Source of the DNA: Hormiphora californensis
Taxonomy: Eukaryota; Animalia; Ctenophora
Reading direction: 5' to 3'
NCBI GenBank assembly: GCA_020137815.1
Contig: CM035353.1
Location: 7,254,001-7,318,000 of the forward strand
DNA length: 64,000 nt
This document shows, piece by piece, positions 25,108-41,200 of the stretch. Position 1 is the stretch's first letter, and every line of letters starts with the position of its first letter. Below the pieces are notes generated by a model, which did not search any database, was not told where the DNA came from, and was given only the letters and a program-made list of their open reading frames with translations. The translations under genes and the position numbers were made by a program.

Positions 25108-25110
25108 CAG
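25045..25110 (+). pseudogene. 3'-truncated U6 snRNA fragment
   Basis: ATATACTAAAATTGGAACGATACAGAGAAGAT (25076-25107) matches U6 including the ACAGAGA box; CTTCGG 5'-stem remnant at 25053. No ISL or 3' half follows. Confidence 0.8.
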
Positions 25111-25558
25111 AGAACGCCTTTACTGGATAATGGGCATTTACCATCGACACTATTACAGGCCGGTAATTGTAACTGCTCAGTTCCGGGTGATCATAGTTTT
25201 GTTTGGCGGTTACCATGGGATTGGGAACGTTTACCTATCACGTGATATGCCAGCCACGTGATATGTCAGCCACGTGATGCCCGACTAGCATTGCCAGTGC
25301 TTGTTGCCACAGGAACACCAAATTGTGGAGACATTGTCTAATAATACATCTCTTTCCCCACACACACGCTTAACCTCTAATCTCCTTCCCCACAAGACCT
25401 CCTATGCAAATGCGCTGCTGCTCTTTCTCTCAACTGTCACATGATGCAATTCTCTGTTGTCATCAACCAATAGAATGGCTGGAATCAAGTCACGTGGTAC
25501 TAACTGAGCCAACCAGCTGTCAGCACTAGAATAATGGCATCATTAGTGCAGATGGGAG

Positions 25559-25564
<6 letters not shown>

Positions 25565-25640
<76 letters not shown>
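25565..25640. repeat. (GA)n microsatellite upstream of alpha-tubulin
   Basis: Directly visible. Confidence 0.95.
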
Positions 25641-25644
<4 letters not shown>

Positions 25645-25753
25645 AATAAGGTAAAGAGACATCACAAGTGGAGGAAGCTTCATTCGTAGTGAATCTTTGT
25701 TTGAGCCGTTACTCGAGAGTCCTTCTCTTCAAACCTATACCTTCTACTAAACC

Positions 25754-27450
<1,697 letters not shown>

Positions 27451-27895
27451 TCAATACTAGCTATCTGATCGAGTTACCATGTATTGCTAAAGCGACTGTT
27501 TCTCAATATCTGATCGGATGGAAGTTCCCGAATTCAATGCTGTCACTAATTTAAACTGTTATTTCACTATGACTATATTCGATAGTTTTCCCAATGCTTA
27601 TGTGTGCTTGCCATGCTGTGAAAATTTTCGTTTAAATTTCTTGATTCCCCAGCCTGAAAAAAGTTTTTTGAGATTTTGAGAATAAAATTAGGTCAACTTC
27701 AATCCAACTCAGCATGAAAAATAACTTTGGCATAATACATTTCCGCCTTCGATGCAAACTAACTTCAAGTGCCAGATTAGTACAATATGAAGCTGTCACT
27801 TCATCGTTGGTGATGCCATCCCCTATTATGTTTAGTGGCTATTATGTTTAGTGGCTAGTGTAGGGGTGGCCGCGTCACAAAACTTCATCGTGTAA

Positions 27896-30800
27896 TCATT
27901 CATCCTCCAAAGTTCCATAAACCCGCTCCTCGCCTGGGCACGGATTGTCATCTGTTGTTGTTACGTTATCATTAGTACATGTAATTGTAAGAGCAACTGA
28001 TCTCGTTGCTGCAGTGCTAGTGCTGGCGCCACTCGAATTCATAGCAGAGGTATGATCATTATAAATATGGTCCGTCTCTGCTAGATGGTGGGAAACAGGC
28101 CGGAATGTCTCCACTGAATCATTAGCAGGGGTGATGTTGTCATATTGAATTTTGTTCGCTGTTATTTCCTCCATTTCCATCTCTTCATCAAGTTCCCTGA
28201 CTTCAGAAGTCACCAGCTTCTCCCTAATCAAACTGACGTAGTAGGAAAGTTTACATTTCAGAGTCTTAGCTGCCGTCTCGGCTGATTTGTTGTAGATAAG
28301 GGGGTTCACTAGGGAGTTCAGGGGTAGGAAGATGATGGAGAACAAGGCGTAGGTTGGTGTGGCATCAATTACCAGTCCTGAGTGCAGGCAGCTCACCACG
28401 ATGAAGGGTATCCAACATAAAAAGTCCGTTAAAACTATCACTGTAACCTTTCGTTGGAGTTGTTGGTTCCGTTGGATTACCTGGTGATTTACACACGGTC
28501 CCGTAACTAGACCTTTGCTTCCCGATAGGGTGAAGATGGTGATGAGTATGTAGGAGATTGCAATGATCCCAAAGCAAAGGACATCTGAGAAAAGGACCAA
28601 CCAGACGTAAAGGAGTTGGGGATCTTCTCGGGTAACGAAGAATTTGAAGGAGCATACACCGTGGTTACCATAGAAACTATTACGGTGAGATCTGATTAGG
28701 GAGTAATCCTGGGAAAACATCTCCTGGATCAGGGACCGGATTTGTGACCACCGTAGGAACTTTCCCGAGTGACGCCGAATGCCTCCATAGTATCCCTCAA
28801 TGACAGATGTATGCATGGCTTTGTTGGGCATTCCTATAAACAGTGTGTTGTTCCGATCGTAACTAAGGCCATTTACAAAGAAATCCTCAAACTGAGGAAT
28901 CAGAGGGATGGTATAGAGAAACACCGGGAAAATGAGAACAAAAGCAAAGCAGATTACTACTTTCGCCTTGCACTTTGGGCTCAGCTCAGCTCTAGGACCA
29001 CGAACTAAATCATTAGAACGAATACTGCAGACCCTGATGAGACTTAGGATTGTCATGGAGACGACGGAGAGTTGTGAGCCGACTGAACTCAGCACTCCAA
29101 GTGTTGCACAGGGCCACTGTGACAACCATGTGACCTGGTGATCGCAATATGTGTGACCCAGAATAATGTCGTAGAAGGATAAAACCAATAGGTAGGCCCC
29201 TGTAAACATGTCTCCAATGGCAATTGACATTGTCAGGAATTTGTTCAGCATTATTTCCTTACTTTTGAAAGTCTGTTGTCGCATTTCCCAAACGGAAATC
29301 GAAAGATTCAGTGCATTCAGTGCAAAGGAAAGAATCCCAATCGCCCAAGCACACACCTTTAAGGAAACTCCATTCAATATCTCTTGTCCACAATGTTCGT
29401 TGCACTCATCAGAGAGGTCCACACAATCTAATGTTCCATCACATACCTGACTCAACCTTATTCCTTGCTCCATTCTTGCACTGGAAGCTGTTCCTACATC
29501 TTCGCTCGTCGCTAGAATCTCCACAATTATCAGCTAGGTCACAAACCGTGTCATAAGATATACAGTTACCATTATCGCAAACAAAATATCGGTTATGATA
29601 TCGACCTTGTTCCTGTACTAAAAATGTCAGATAGTCATTGTTAACAATGGTGTACACTTGATTCTTCGCTAGGTTCCGACAAGAGTCCTTCAAGACAACC
29701 CTTCCTTCTAGTGGACATTGTGTTGTATTGTCCAGGCATTGTCCTTCACATGCTATGTGTAGGTAAATCTCTCCATATAGTGACCTACAATCTAGTTTCT
29801 GGTTAGGTATGGTTATTTCTAGAGTGTCGTTTTTGCCAAACACATTCAGTCCAGGGGGATAATTCCACGCTTTGACTGAGTGACAAGGTGACAACTGCTG
29901 TCGGAGATTTTCTAAGCCTGGTAGACACCAAAACCCGATTTTGTTGATTTTCTTTCGACCGGGAATGTTGTTTGCAGTTGGAACTGTTTACGGGAAATAG
30001 TACAAACACGAGTCTCCGCTCCACAGGTGTAAACCAAATCACACAACTGGGGCAGCTCAATGTACCCTCCACGTGCACCCGGACACACAAAGACATCACT
30101 GCAGGTCTTGTTGGATTTTAGTCTGGTTGATGTCCCTGATCCGCATCTGGGCCACTGATCAACTTCATCCTCCCCTGACAGACAGTCAACCACACCATCG
30201 GAAATCCAATCTAGGGGGATTCGGTCCATCTTGTCCCGGACACCAAAGAACCTAGCACAAAACTTTCCAGATACTGTCAAACATATTGGATGGGTCTCAT
30301 CGGAAGAGTCAGGACAATCAGGGATTCCATTGCACATCCGGTGCTTATGGACAGTGCACTTGGGCGAGGCTTCAACACACTTCTCATTTAACCGGTCATC
30401 ACAGAGGGCCACGGCGCGAAGATCGGTACATATGACATGTCTACTGATAGTCGACAGAAAACCATCCACTAAACACACCCCTGCTACCTGAGAAACGTAT
30501 AATTACGTATACAGTCGGACCCCGATTTACCGGGATGCTCGGGGGAAAGGGTTTTGCCCGGTAAATCGGGGTGCCCGGTATTCCGGGGTAAAATATTGTT
30601 AATTGCCTATTTCGGGGGAAGATTATCCTCCCGGTAAATCGGGGTTCTGGTAAATCGGGGCCCGGTATATCGGGGTCCGACTGTAATTACAGTTGCCTGG
30701 TAACATAGACACCTAGCGCCGGTGTGCGGGGGTCGCGCCAGGTGTCTATGTCACCAATAATTACAGTAGGCGCTGCTTTGACGAGAATTTTGCGTCACGT

Positions 30801-33800
30801 GACGTTAATTGGCGAAAGAAGTCATTTGACAATCGCCAAGTTTTGGCAAGATTTGGCGGGAAATGGAAGCATAGAGGTTCAAATGTAAATTTTAGCAAGT
30901 GCTAAGAAGAAAAATCAGCATTCTGAAAGTTTCTACATACCCTGTCTGGGTCCGTACAGTTAGTTTGATCATGGAAGTTTGCACACACAGGATCGTACAC
31001 CTATAAATGCATAGTTGTTAAATAATTATTCAACAATCAACTACTTATAGATACTATCAACATATCGCGTCGAATGCAAATCAATTAATCTGTGTTTGGC
31101 GAAATATAAATTTGACTAAAGTCGGATTTTTTGAAGTTGTCACCCCCTTTTCACGCACGGCGTCGTATTTGGGCGTGACAGCCCCCACTTGCTCTCACTT
31201 TTCGGTAAAAAACCGCATATCATCAGAAAAGGCATCATTTTAGGAGTCCGTAAAGTTTTTGTTTGACGAAATTGGTCAAGAAATAAAGGCCAAGGCATGA
31301 GCGCCAAAAACAAGTTTCCAGCGCGCAAATAAAAATTAAAAACTCGCACGCCACCCAGTGGGGTGGCAATTTCAAAAAATCCGACTTTAACCTTTCCGGG
31401 TTGTTTAAAGCTGTAACAACGGGAAGAATTTATAAGGGCAACCTCCTCCCCGTAAAGGTTTATACAGATCTGTGTAGCTTGAAGACATTTTAAATTTCCA
31501 TTTCCAATGTACCAATAGCCCTCTCGACACATCATAAATGGTGTTGCGTACGTATCGATAATCCCATTCTGATGGTCGCTATAGTACTCACCATACCTGC
31601 AATGCAGCAGTTGGGAGAGTGATCGAGATACAAAGAGAAATATGGGAATTGGGGGCGATTTGGGAAAAAGGAGAGACAGATTGAAGATTCCTCAATTTGT
31701 GATCGGTACGATCGCTCCAGTTCTATACTAATACTATTTATAAACGCAGTGCAGGTACCTGTATCCATTGCACATCGCTTCATCCTCACAACCGTATAAA
31801 TTGCAAATGTCATCACACAGAATACTCCATGGCATTCGGGTACCAATAATGCTGGTAAAGGTGCTGTTCGCCTCACATTGTATTTCATCTACACCACCAT
31901 TCACACAATCAATCTCATCGTCACACCTGCAGCAGAGAATAAACGGTTTTCAAAAACGGTACGCATACGCATCATTTGTGTAACGGCTGTGATTGGCCAA
32001 CCTTGCGCGTCTTCTTGTAACGTTATTTCACCGAAACGTTTTTTTGCGACACCGTTTTTGACTGTATGGCGGCGCCATACCCCATTTGATTCTCAACAGT
32101 GCGCGACAGTGCGCTCAGATGGGTCGCGGCGCCAGACAGGTTTTTGACACTACAATTGCAGCTCCTTGCTTTAAGGGTACGCTAACCAAAAATTTTTTTC
32201 GAGTGCAGGGAAATCTCTCACCGTAGGGTTGTAGGCCATGCCAAGGAGACCTCAAATATGCAATTTGAGCTCTCAAGTCGAATTCATATTTTTGCTACAG
32301 CTGTTTAAAAAATGTCCTGTAAATACGTTTTTGGCATCTCAAAAAATTTTTATAAAGATAGGAGCATGAAAATTTGGGGATTTGAAGAGGACATGAAGGT
32401 GAATAACCACAAAAATTTTTTTTGCAATCCGAGCTGATTTCCGGTCCTGAGATGGATTTCTTTTTTTCCACTTTAACGCCCTATTTAGCAAAGTTCCGAA
32501 AACATGTGAAAGCTGTAAATTGGTGAAAAGTTGCGTCTAACGATTATCTAAGTGGCCATAAATTTTGGGCGTGTCCTTATTTGAGATAAGCTGTACAGAG
32601 TTTTTTTTGTGAAAGCCGTCATTTCAGAAATAAATAAATTCCCTGTATCTCAAAAACGGCTGATCGTAGAGACCTGAGACTATGCTTAAACGATTCAGAA
32701 GGTCCGATTTTGGGGGGGTCTTCTGAGAGACATTTTGCTCCTACTTCAACCGTTTTTGCTGTAATTGCGAAAAACAAAAACCCATCTTCGCCATCGTGGA
32801 TTTTTTGTGATTTGGTTTTTGGTGATTATAGGGACCCATATGGACCAAATAGTGAAGGAATTAGCTTGTTACACATTTTTCCATAGTTTCGGTCCTTTCT
32901 TAGCTAAAATTCCCTAATTACAGGATATTGGAGTTTAGCTTTTGCCCTTTTCATAGAATTTGTTTTTCGCAATTACAGCAAAAACGGTTGAAGTAGGAGC
33001 AAAATGTCTCTCAGAAGACCCCCCCAAAATCGGACCTTCTGAATCGTTTAAGCATAGTCTCAGGTCTCTACGATCAGCCGTTTTTGAGATACAGGGAATT
33101 TATTTATTTCTGAAATGACGGCTTTCACAAAAAAAACTCTGTACAGCTTATCTCAAATAAGGACACGCCCAAAATTTATGGCCACTTAGATAATCGTTAG
33201 ACGCAACTTTTCACCAATTTACAGCTTTCACATGTTTTCGGAACTTTGCTAAATAGGGCGTTAAAGTGGAAAAAAAGAAATCCATCTCAGGACCGGAAAT
33301 AAGCTCGGATTGCAAAAAAAATTTTTGTGGTTATTCACCTTCATGTCCTCTTCAAATCCCCAAATTTTCATGCTCCTATCTTTAAAAAAATTTTTTTGAG
33401 ATGCCAAAATCGTATTTATAGGACATTTTTTAAACAGCTGTAGCAAAAATATGAATTCGACTTGAGAGCTCAAATTGCATATTTGAGGTCTCCTTGGCAT
33501 GGCCTACAACCCTATGGTGAGAGATTTCCCTGCACTCGAGAAAAAATTTTGGTTAGCGTACCCTTAACTAACCGTACTGCTTGGACGTCTCCAGTTGTGA
33601 CGCCTTGATCACCTTTATAGACACACACGTATCTCTCACACAAAAACCGACTCGACTGAGACATGTGGGTAAGTGTTGACTCCAATGTCCCACAAACCTA
33701 CAAATGGAACAACATCTTTTAACATTATTAGCTCCAACGCTTAGTTTCCCTCCGTCACTGAAGCCTGAGATGTCAGGTCTCAGTGGAAAATAGCCGTGGC

Positions 33801-36800
33801 CTGAACCTGAGGTTTAGATACGACTAACGACTGTTTGCCACAGTGTTTTACCTGGTATGCTCGTGGATCATAAGGGCATGCTACATCAAAATCTGTAAAC
33901 CCAACAGCTTGGATTCGAATACTGTAGAAGTCATCCGATGCGGAACATTGAAAGTAGTCTCTATCGCTTCCGTGAAACTTGCATACCTTCTTCAGGTACC
34001 CATGAATTTCTTTTATCTCACAAACCTCTATAAAAATAATAACACGGGTTTAATTGAAATGTACCCAGCCAAAAATGGAGGATAAACTTCACCCGATATA
34101 GGAAATTTACGGTATTTGACCCCGATTTACCGGGCAAAACCCTTGCCCCCGAGCATCCCGTTAAATCGGGGTCCGACTTGCTTGACTAGTTATATATGAA
34201 CAATTTCTAATATAATATCTGCTTCCCTACAGTTTAGTAGCCTAGGATACAAACTGAAACTTACCCAATTCGCAGTACGGTAGATCGGGTATGTCGCATT
34301 CCTCCCACCGAGGATTGGTTGATGCCGCGTTGTAACACCACGGAGCATCTTCAACATCTGGGTTTCTGCAGTAATTATGATCTCCCATATTCTTCGTAAT
34401 TACATCCCTGCAAAAGTAATAGCCATTAAATACAAATTAAATACAAATTTTGTATCTTTAACTAGGTAAGTAAAAACTAAAAATAATTTAAACTACAGAT
34501 AATCCGATAAGTTGTGAATATTAGTCAGGTCTTTTGACATGATTAGGGGGTATGTATAATCCCGGATAGCTCGGATAGCCCGGATAATATATACTTTCGG
34601 GAAAGCCGGGATTATACCCCCTATACCCCCTATAGTATGTACATATCACTGCGCTGGCAAGCGCAAAGGTTGCCATTCCCCCCCCCCCCCCCAAAGCGCC
34701 GCCAGAAACGCAGTTATACGTTTTATGGGTGTTTTGGCTGAAAACCCAGACTTTAGAAGGCTATAGCGTGGCTCCCTTTCATCCATTTGACTTGAAATTT
34801 GGAATGTATAACCGGCTTGGGGTCTTTGACTCAAGTTTAAAATTTCAAGTCTTTATCTCATCTGGAACCGAAGTTACAGATAGGTCCCATTTGCCATAAA
34901 TTCAGTGTAACACGCATATACGCGCGCGCGCGCGCGCGTAGGAGAGACGCTTTTTGTAAACCATATTCACGCCAAACGAAAAGAGATAGAAACTTCTCGT
35001 TTTCACAGCTGGTAGATCTACTGGATGTGTGTGCATTAGTCGATATGGGGTCTCTTTTCATCGCCAGGAACGTCCTACAGAACGTCTTAAAGTCGTCATT
35101 TTTCAGACTCTGACCAAAATTCTTTGAGTTCAATTTAGACCCGGAAGACGGATTCTAATCGAAAAACGAAGACTATATCATGGAAAGAGAATTGTCTAAA
35201 CTTTCAGAAACTATATAGCGAATTTTCAAAACTACATGTATAAGGGTCTTAAAACGCGTCTGAAGTGTTATGACTGTTTAAAAATAGATATGACGATATG
35301 GGTTTTTTCGCCATAGCGGACTCAAATCTCATCCAATCGATCTCAATAGTCAGGGCATATGATGTTAGATTTTCGGCATAATTGTTATAAAGCTAATTCC
35401 ACTTCTAGGAGGTCCTATTGGGTCCCTAGAACCACCAAAAAAAATGTTCGCGATTTGGTGGATGAAGAAGTTGGGTTTCCGGGCCACGCCCTTCTACCTA
35501 TGTTTTGAGAACGAGGCAAAAAACGCCAAAACTGCGCTTAGGGGAGGAGTAGGGACAAAATCAAGGGCACTAGAGTGTTCAGCGTCCTCGCATTAGTGGG
35601 GGTAGATGCTGGAATTAAGTCTCTATCTTATCTGGTTAATTGGATAATTGGATAATTAGCTCTACGCATAGCCGTTTTTGGCCATATGGCTATAGCCATG
35701 TTAGGAAAGGAGTAGAGACAAAACCGAGGGCACTAAAGTGTTCAGCGTCCTCGAATTAGTGGGGGTAGGTGCTGGAATTAAGTCTCTATCTCATCTGGTT
35801 AATTAGATAATTGGATAATTAGGTCTGGGCATAGCCATTTTTGGCCATATGGCTATAGCCACTTGGGAATGATTTATCGACTTTTCCTTAGTGCCATTTT
35901 GTTCAGAAAAAAATTTTAATCTAAGAGTTGTGGAAAAATTTAGAGCCTATCTCTTACAGTTTTGGCGTTATTTGCGGTCAAAGTATGCCAAATCAGCCGA
36001 AAATGCCAAAAAATTAGTTAATTGGCCTACTTTGACCGCAAATAACGCCAAAACGGTAAGAGATAGGCTCTAAACTTTTCCACAACTCTTAGATTTTAAC
36101 AAAATGGCACCAATGAAAAGTCGATAAACCATTCCTAAGTGGCTATAGCCATATGGCCAAAAATGGCTATGCCCAGACCTAATTATCCAATTATCTAATT
36201 AACCAGATGAGATAGAGACTTAATTCCAGCACCTACCCCCACTAAAGGTCCTCCCAAACTATTATGTCCCTTGCTGCGCGCGACCGGATTTTAGACAGCC
36301 ATAGCTCCACCCCCTGATGGGATAGAGACTTGAAATTTGTTTTGTGAGGAGATCTTGTCGAGTTCTTCCTACAAAACAAATTTCAAGTCTTTATCTCATC
36401 AGGGAGTGGAATTATGACCGTGGGAAATTTCACAAAACCCGAGTGAGGGACATAGTAGTTTGGGGAATACTTTAATTCGAGGACGCTGAACACTTTAGTG
36501 CCCTCGGTTTTGTCTCTACTCCTTTCCTAACATGGCTATAGCCATATGGCCAAAAAACGGCTATGCGCAGAGCTAATTATCCAATTATCCAATTAACCCG
36601 ATAAGATAGAGACTTAATTCCAGCACCTACCCCCACTAATGCGAGGACGCTGAACACTCTAGTGCCCTTGATTTGTCCCTACTCCTCCCCTAAGCGCAGT
36701 TTTGGCGTTTTTTGCCTCGTGCTCAAAACATAGGTAGAAGGGCGTGGCCCGGAAACCCAACTTCTTCATCCACCAAATCGCGAACATTTTTTTTGGTGGT

Positions 36801-37916
36801 TCTAGGGATCCAATAGGACCTCCTAGAAGTGGAATTAGCTTTATAACAATTATGCCGAAAATCACCATGAAATTGACATCATATGCCCTGACTACAAACT
36901 TGGTCAGTATCTTTATCTAGGTAATCCCGATGATATGACGTTTTAATTGTGACGTCATGACGTCGTGAAGTCATTTTATGACGTCAAAATGACGTCAAAA
37001 ATGAAATTTTTTCAATTTAGCGATTCCATACTCTCCGTATCTGTTCTACTACATCTAAATGGATAAAAAATCCCAAAAATGATGCAAATTATACCAAAAC
37101 TAATTGAAATTAGTAGGCGGAAAGGTTGCCCTATGATTTGAGCTACCTTTGCCACTGTAACATTCACGGGCCGGGGTGCAGACAGGGTAAAACATATGCT
37201 TCGTCTATCTTCAATTTAAGGGAATGTATTGGTGCCAAAGGTAGCTCAAATCATAGGGCAACCTTTCCGGCCTACTAATTTCAATTAGTTTTGGTATAAT
37301 TTTAGATAAATACTATGTTACACGGCGAATTACGGAGTAATTCAGGAAACATGACCAGCAAATGAGGACAGCAAATGAGGACAGCAAATGAGGACAGCAA
37401 ATGACGTCATCAAAGCACAAACTAGGAACCGACCGAAACAAGTAAACAACCACTCAGAACTCGTTATTTAGGTCACGTGACTGGTTATCAGCCAATCAGG
37501 GACCAGTATTTCCTGGTTCGGTAGGTTCCTGGTACAAACTGTGTACAAACTGCGTACTTGAGATCAGAGAATAGGCGGCATGTGTGCTACTTATATAGCC
37601 ATCTGATGCGCAATTGAGGTTTGCTGTCCATATTTGCTGGCTCCCGGTCTCAACAAGGTACTAACCTGTCAGAGCATTGGCCTGACCCTATTCTCTGAAC
37701 TGTGGTCAGAGCATGACGGGTACTTACCAAGGCCCATGGCCCCCTCTTAACAAGGTACTACAGCTTACCAAGATGGGGGTAAATCTGATCCTTGGAATAG
37801 CCAGGTGTGTTCATTGGGTGTATGAGATAGCCAGTTCTGACAGGGAAGGCCTGACTTTGTCACATTCCTCGTTCCTCTATACCACAGCCCCTTGGGATCA
37901 TCGATTACCTTACAAA
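27896..37916 (-). CDS. kringle + Cys-rich/LDLa-repeat rhodopsin-class GPCR (GRL101/LGR-type 7TM, no LRRs)
   Basis: Phase-consistent exons 37916-37769, 34407-34265, 34027-33852, 33697-33573, 31926-31759, 31596-31392, 31000-30941, 30487-27896. Kringle (YRG...CQNW...HNYCRNPD...PWCY...WEECD), LDLa repeats ([25 protein letters not shown]), TM6 [11 protein letters not shown]7 [12 protein letters not shown] few frameshifts in the last exon. Confidence 0.85.
30512..30683. mobile_element. CAGTCGGACCCCG MITE (Tc1/mariner-pogo type), TA TSD
   Basis: TIR CAGTCGGACCCCGAT. Further copies at 44890-45046 and 61488-61659; fragments near 17590 and 34085-34178. Confidence 0.9.
30697..30760. repeat. short hairpin-like dispersed repeat
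   Basis: CATAGACACCT...AGGTGTCTATG; its right half is also present, inverted, at ~24325-24353. Confidence 0.55.
31119..31387. mobile_element. MITE, TA TSD, 4 nt inside a GPCR donor site
   Basis: AAGTCGGATTTTTTGAA.TTG.CACCCC / GGGGTGGCAATTTCAAAAAATCCGACTT. Confidence 0.8.
32175..33563. mobile_element. 1.4-kb foldback, TTAA-flanked with GG..CC ends (Kolobok-like), in a GPCR intron
   Basis: TTAA-GGGTACGCTAACC...GGTTAGCGTACCC-TTAA; ~600-bp near-identical arms. Confidence 0.88.
34647..35340 (+). mobile_element. dispersed repeat starting CACTGCGCTGGCAAGCGCAAAGG (possibly Chapaev3/CMC-like)
   Basis: 34647-35060 is closely similar to 63612-64000; the same start motif occurs at 63309. Confidence 0.7.
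35347..36894. mobile_element. 1.5-kb foldback with internally duplicated arms
   Basis: TAGTCAGGGCATATGATG...CATCATATGCCCTGACTA; centre near 36010; ~160-bp direct repeat within each arm. Confidence 0.88.
36246..36472. mobile_element. MITE nested in the right arm of the foldback, TAA TSD (PIF/Harbinger-like)
   Basis: The left arm preserves the empty site (GAATTAGTGGGGG, ~35753). Imperfect TIRs CCCAAACTA.TATGTCCC/GGGACATAGTAGTTTGGG. Confidence 0.8.
37088..37301. mobile_element. palindromic MITE
   Basis: AATTATACCAAAACTAATTGAAATTAGTAGGC...GCCTACTAATTTCAATTAGTTTTGGTATAATT. Confidence 0.8.
37423..37531. mobile_element. 109-bp hAT-type MITE
   Basis: TIR AGGAACCGACCGAA/TTCGGTAGGTTCCTG, 8-bp TSD G(C/T)ACAAAC. 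Preceded by a 13-bp tandem repeat (AGGACAGCAAATG, ~37355-37403). Confidence 0.8.
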
Positions 37917-38279
37917 CTGCGAAGGAAAGTTGGGATATATGGACCAGTTGCAATTATAGGGAAACACGTGATAATATAATCTGTAATCGGTTTAACGGTT
38001 AAAGTATATGGTTGTATATGGTATAATGGGTATAATATGCTTGTATTGTATTTAGTATGGAGAATGTTGGTAAATGTGGGCTCCACATAAAATTATGCAA
38101 GTTGTCTTTGTTTTATCAAATGCGTTATATTCAATTGTTTTGTTCAACCGGGCGCGGGGAAGGGAGGGTTGAACAAGGCAAATATTCACTCAAGTATATA
38201 TTCTATTATAATCTTAATCTTGCGTTATATTCACTAAATTTATTATATTATATTCTTGATCTTGGTCAGCTCTTTGAAA

Positions 38280-41200
38280 ATGTGGTTCGTTTGTGCTAAC
38301 GTATGTGCTATTTTCACTGCAGGTAAGGGACTGTAACTTTACAAATAAATTTAGTTGAATTGTGTACACAGTTCAGAAAGATTTATCAAAGAATAGAAAA
38401 TGTAATGTTTTACGTAAGCTCTTCAAGCTCATTTATGTTTCAGTGTGGTCTACAACATTAGTGAACGACTGCGATCTAGTGGAGCTGGAGGGAGCCAGGT
38501 GGTCGTTATTTGAAGTTGGCCTGCCGTTATCGCAACACTGTACTATACAAATGCCCCAACTCCCTTGAGCTGTACAGCATCATACTCGACTCTTCCCAGT
38601 TAAACTCTCCCACCGGTTTCTTCGCGTCATACAGTTGGTTGTGTTCCAATGATCCGTATTTCTTCCAAGCGTGCGGGCACAGCATGGCTACAGAGCCACT
38701 AACCCTCACAGGGAGCACGAACTCTGTGCGGAACAGCCGTGTGCGACAACCATTCCAAGATTATCAGTGGTAGCTGGCTGGAAGAGCAAGAGTGTGACGG
38801 TGCTAGGCAATGCTGGAACTATGATGATGAAGGGAAGGACTGTGGAGATAATTTCACGTGCCCCTCAGGGACACCCTGGTCCCTGTCAACACGTCTCAGG
38901 GGGGAGAGGGTTTGTGATGGTCAGTGTGATTGTACCAGCTGTGCCGATGAGAGTGGCTGTGGGTACAAATATGGGATGTGGTGTGACACACTTTTCACAG
39001 ACACCATGGTCTTCATTCCGGATGGCCTTTTGTGTGATTTTATAACACACTGTAGCCAGGATGAGGACGAGAAAGGGTGTGATACAGTTGATTTCACGGC
39101 GGATGATAATCCGTGGTGTATGCAGGGGCTGTGGAACAGGACGGTGCTGGATAGACACCGGTGCACGCCCACATCGCAAACATATCCCTTTTGTAGTGAT
39201 GGGAGGAACCAGGTATGTAGTGAGATTGTTACATTTACTAAAGAGAGATTGTTACATTTACTAAAGGGAGTGAAAGAGAGATTGTTACATTTATAAAGAG
39301 AGTGAAAGAGAGATTGTTACATTAACTAAAGAACCTCTATATCAGGTGAATTGTACGGACCCAGCGAAGGTGGTACTGAATTGCACCATGGGCGGCTATC
39401 CCACAGGGTTATCTCAAGAGGCACTCTGTAAAGGCTACTCCCTTTGTGATGATGGTTATGAGAACCTGTGCCGAGAAGTGGAGGAAGGATGTATAGTCCA
39501 CCGTAGTGCACTATGTGACGGAGTGACGGACTGCCCTTATGGACGTGATGAGGTGGAATGTAGTGAAGTGGTAACTCTCTGTCCCTCCAGAGTCGGGGGA
39601 GGGGCACAGGCCCTGCTGAAATCATGGATCAATGATGGGTATGATGATTGTCGTGATGGTGTGGATGAGGATGGTACCTTTGTGGTTTGTGGCTATCCAC
39701 CGTGGAATTATGAAGTTGAGAGGAAGTGGGGGGATTGTAGGGAGATGTTGAGGTGTGAAGGGGAGGTAGGGTGTGGGGTTATCCCTTCACGATACACCCC
39801 AAACACGGTAACCCTTGAAGAACCGATCAGGTATACATCGCCTTACTGTCTCCCAGGATTATCCCTTCTCAGGACACGACTCAAGATCAAATGTTTCCAA
39901 GGACACTTCATACCGAACCCTGAAACTGACTTTATCGCTGTACCACATCTGGAGTTAGAGTTACCGGACCCTTCTAATTATATTGATCCCAGGTTCATTT
40001 ACGGAGCGGCATATGTCATTGCAAAATGTGAGGACACCATCATTGGATGCCCTACAAAGGAAATCCCAGAGCTGACTTGTTCCAACCACCGAGATCGTCA
40101 CGTGTTGGCATTGACCAAGACCAACACCCTCACGACACTTCTCAGAACGACCAACACCCCTGGAAACACCCACTACACCCGACTAATCTACCCCTGCACC
40201 AACGGGCAATGTATCCCACTAGACAAGTTATGTGATCTGGTTGATGATTGTGGTGATGGTAGCGATGAGATGAACTGTGAGAATGGATTCCAGTGTGATC
40301 CAGGCTCCCAGGTGAGGGTACCACTGACAGCACTCTGTGACGGGGAGGTTGACTGTCCGGGTCACCAAGACGAGTGTGGGTGCAGTGATCAGGCAGGTTC
40401 TGTTGTCATGGTAACCATGGGTACTACCCAGTGTTTAATAGCGATCACAGTCCTCATTGTTGTAGCTCACCCGCTGGAAAACACCTACATCCTAGGGTGG
40501 CTGTTGATAGGACTACACTTGGTTTTTCTCAGTGTAGCACACTTGATACGCCTCACTGACCCCTGTCTAAATCATCACCCCTGGAGATGTACTAATATCT
40601 GCTGGTACGTGAGCAGTTTCCATAGCACTGGGAAAATCATGACACTACTCTCCTGTGCCACCATTTCTCTGTTACCAAAAAAAGTAAACCGGAGAGTTCT
40701 CAAAGGGCTGAGTATCTCGATAATATTTCTTTCTGTCATAGTTTCCGGAATTCCCGTGTTTTTCTTCAATGATTCCCTCGTCGACCGGGTATACATATCC
40801 AATGCTGCAGAACTACACCGTCCATTCAGTAACGGTGAGATAAGACAAGTCATCAGCCAGGTACTTGGTCGGGTAAAGTTGACCCCTGATCATGGTACTA
40901 CTACCCTGAAGGAACTACTTAGGTCCTTGTTTACAGAACGCCATGGCGGTGTGACCTTCCATAGTGAGCACCCTGGAGAGTTCTGTCACTTGGATTCCTG
41001 GACAGGTGAAATTGTCCTGTTTTTTGTTTTTCTTTTGATTGGTTGTGTAAGTATTGGTAGGGCTAAATACAGCTTGGCTGTGAGGTGTTTGTTGCATTCT
41101 GTTTCCTGTGTTTTTACCGTAGGAGTTGGTATACTGTGTGAAAATAACTGGTGGTCTACTGCCGTTGGAAGCCCAGTGGTTGGATGTCTAACTGTGGCTA

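Noticed and set aside
36945-37000. Cluster of TGACGTCA (CRE) motifs
   Set aside because: Lies within repeat-derived intronic DNA; there is no evidence that it is regulatory.
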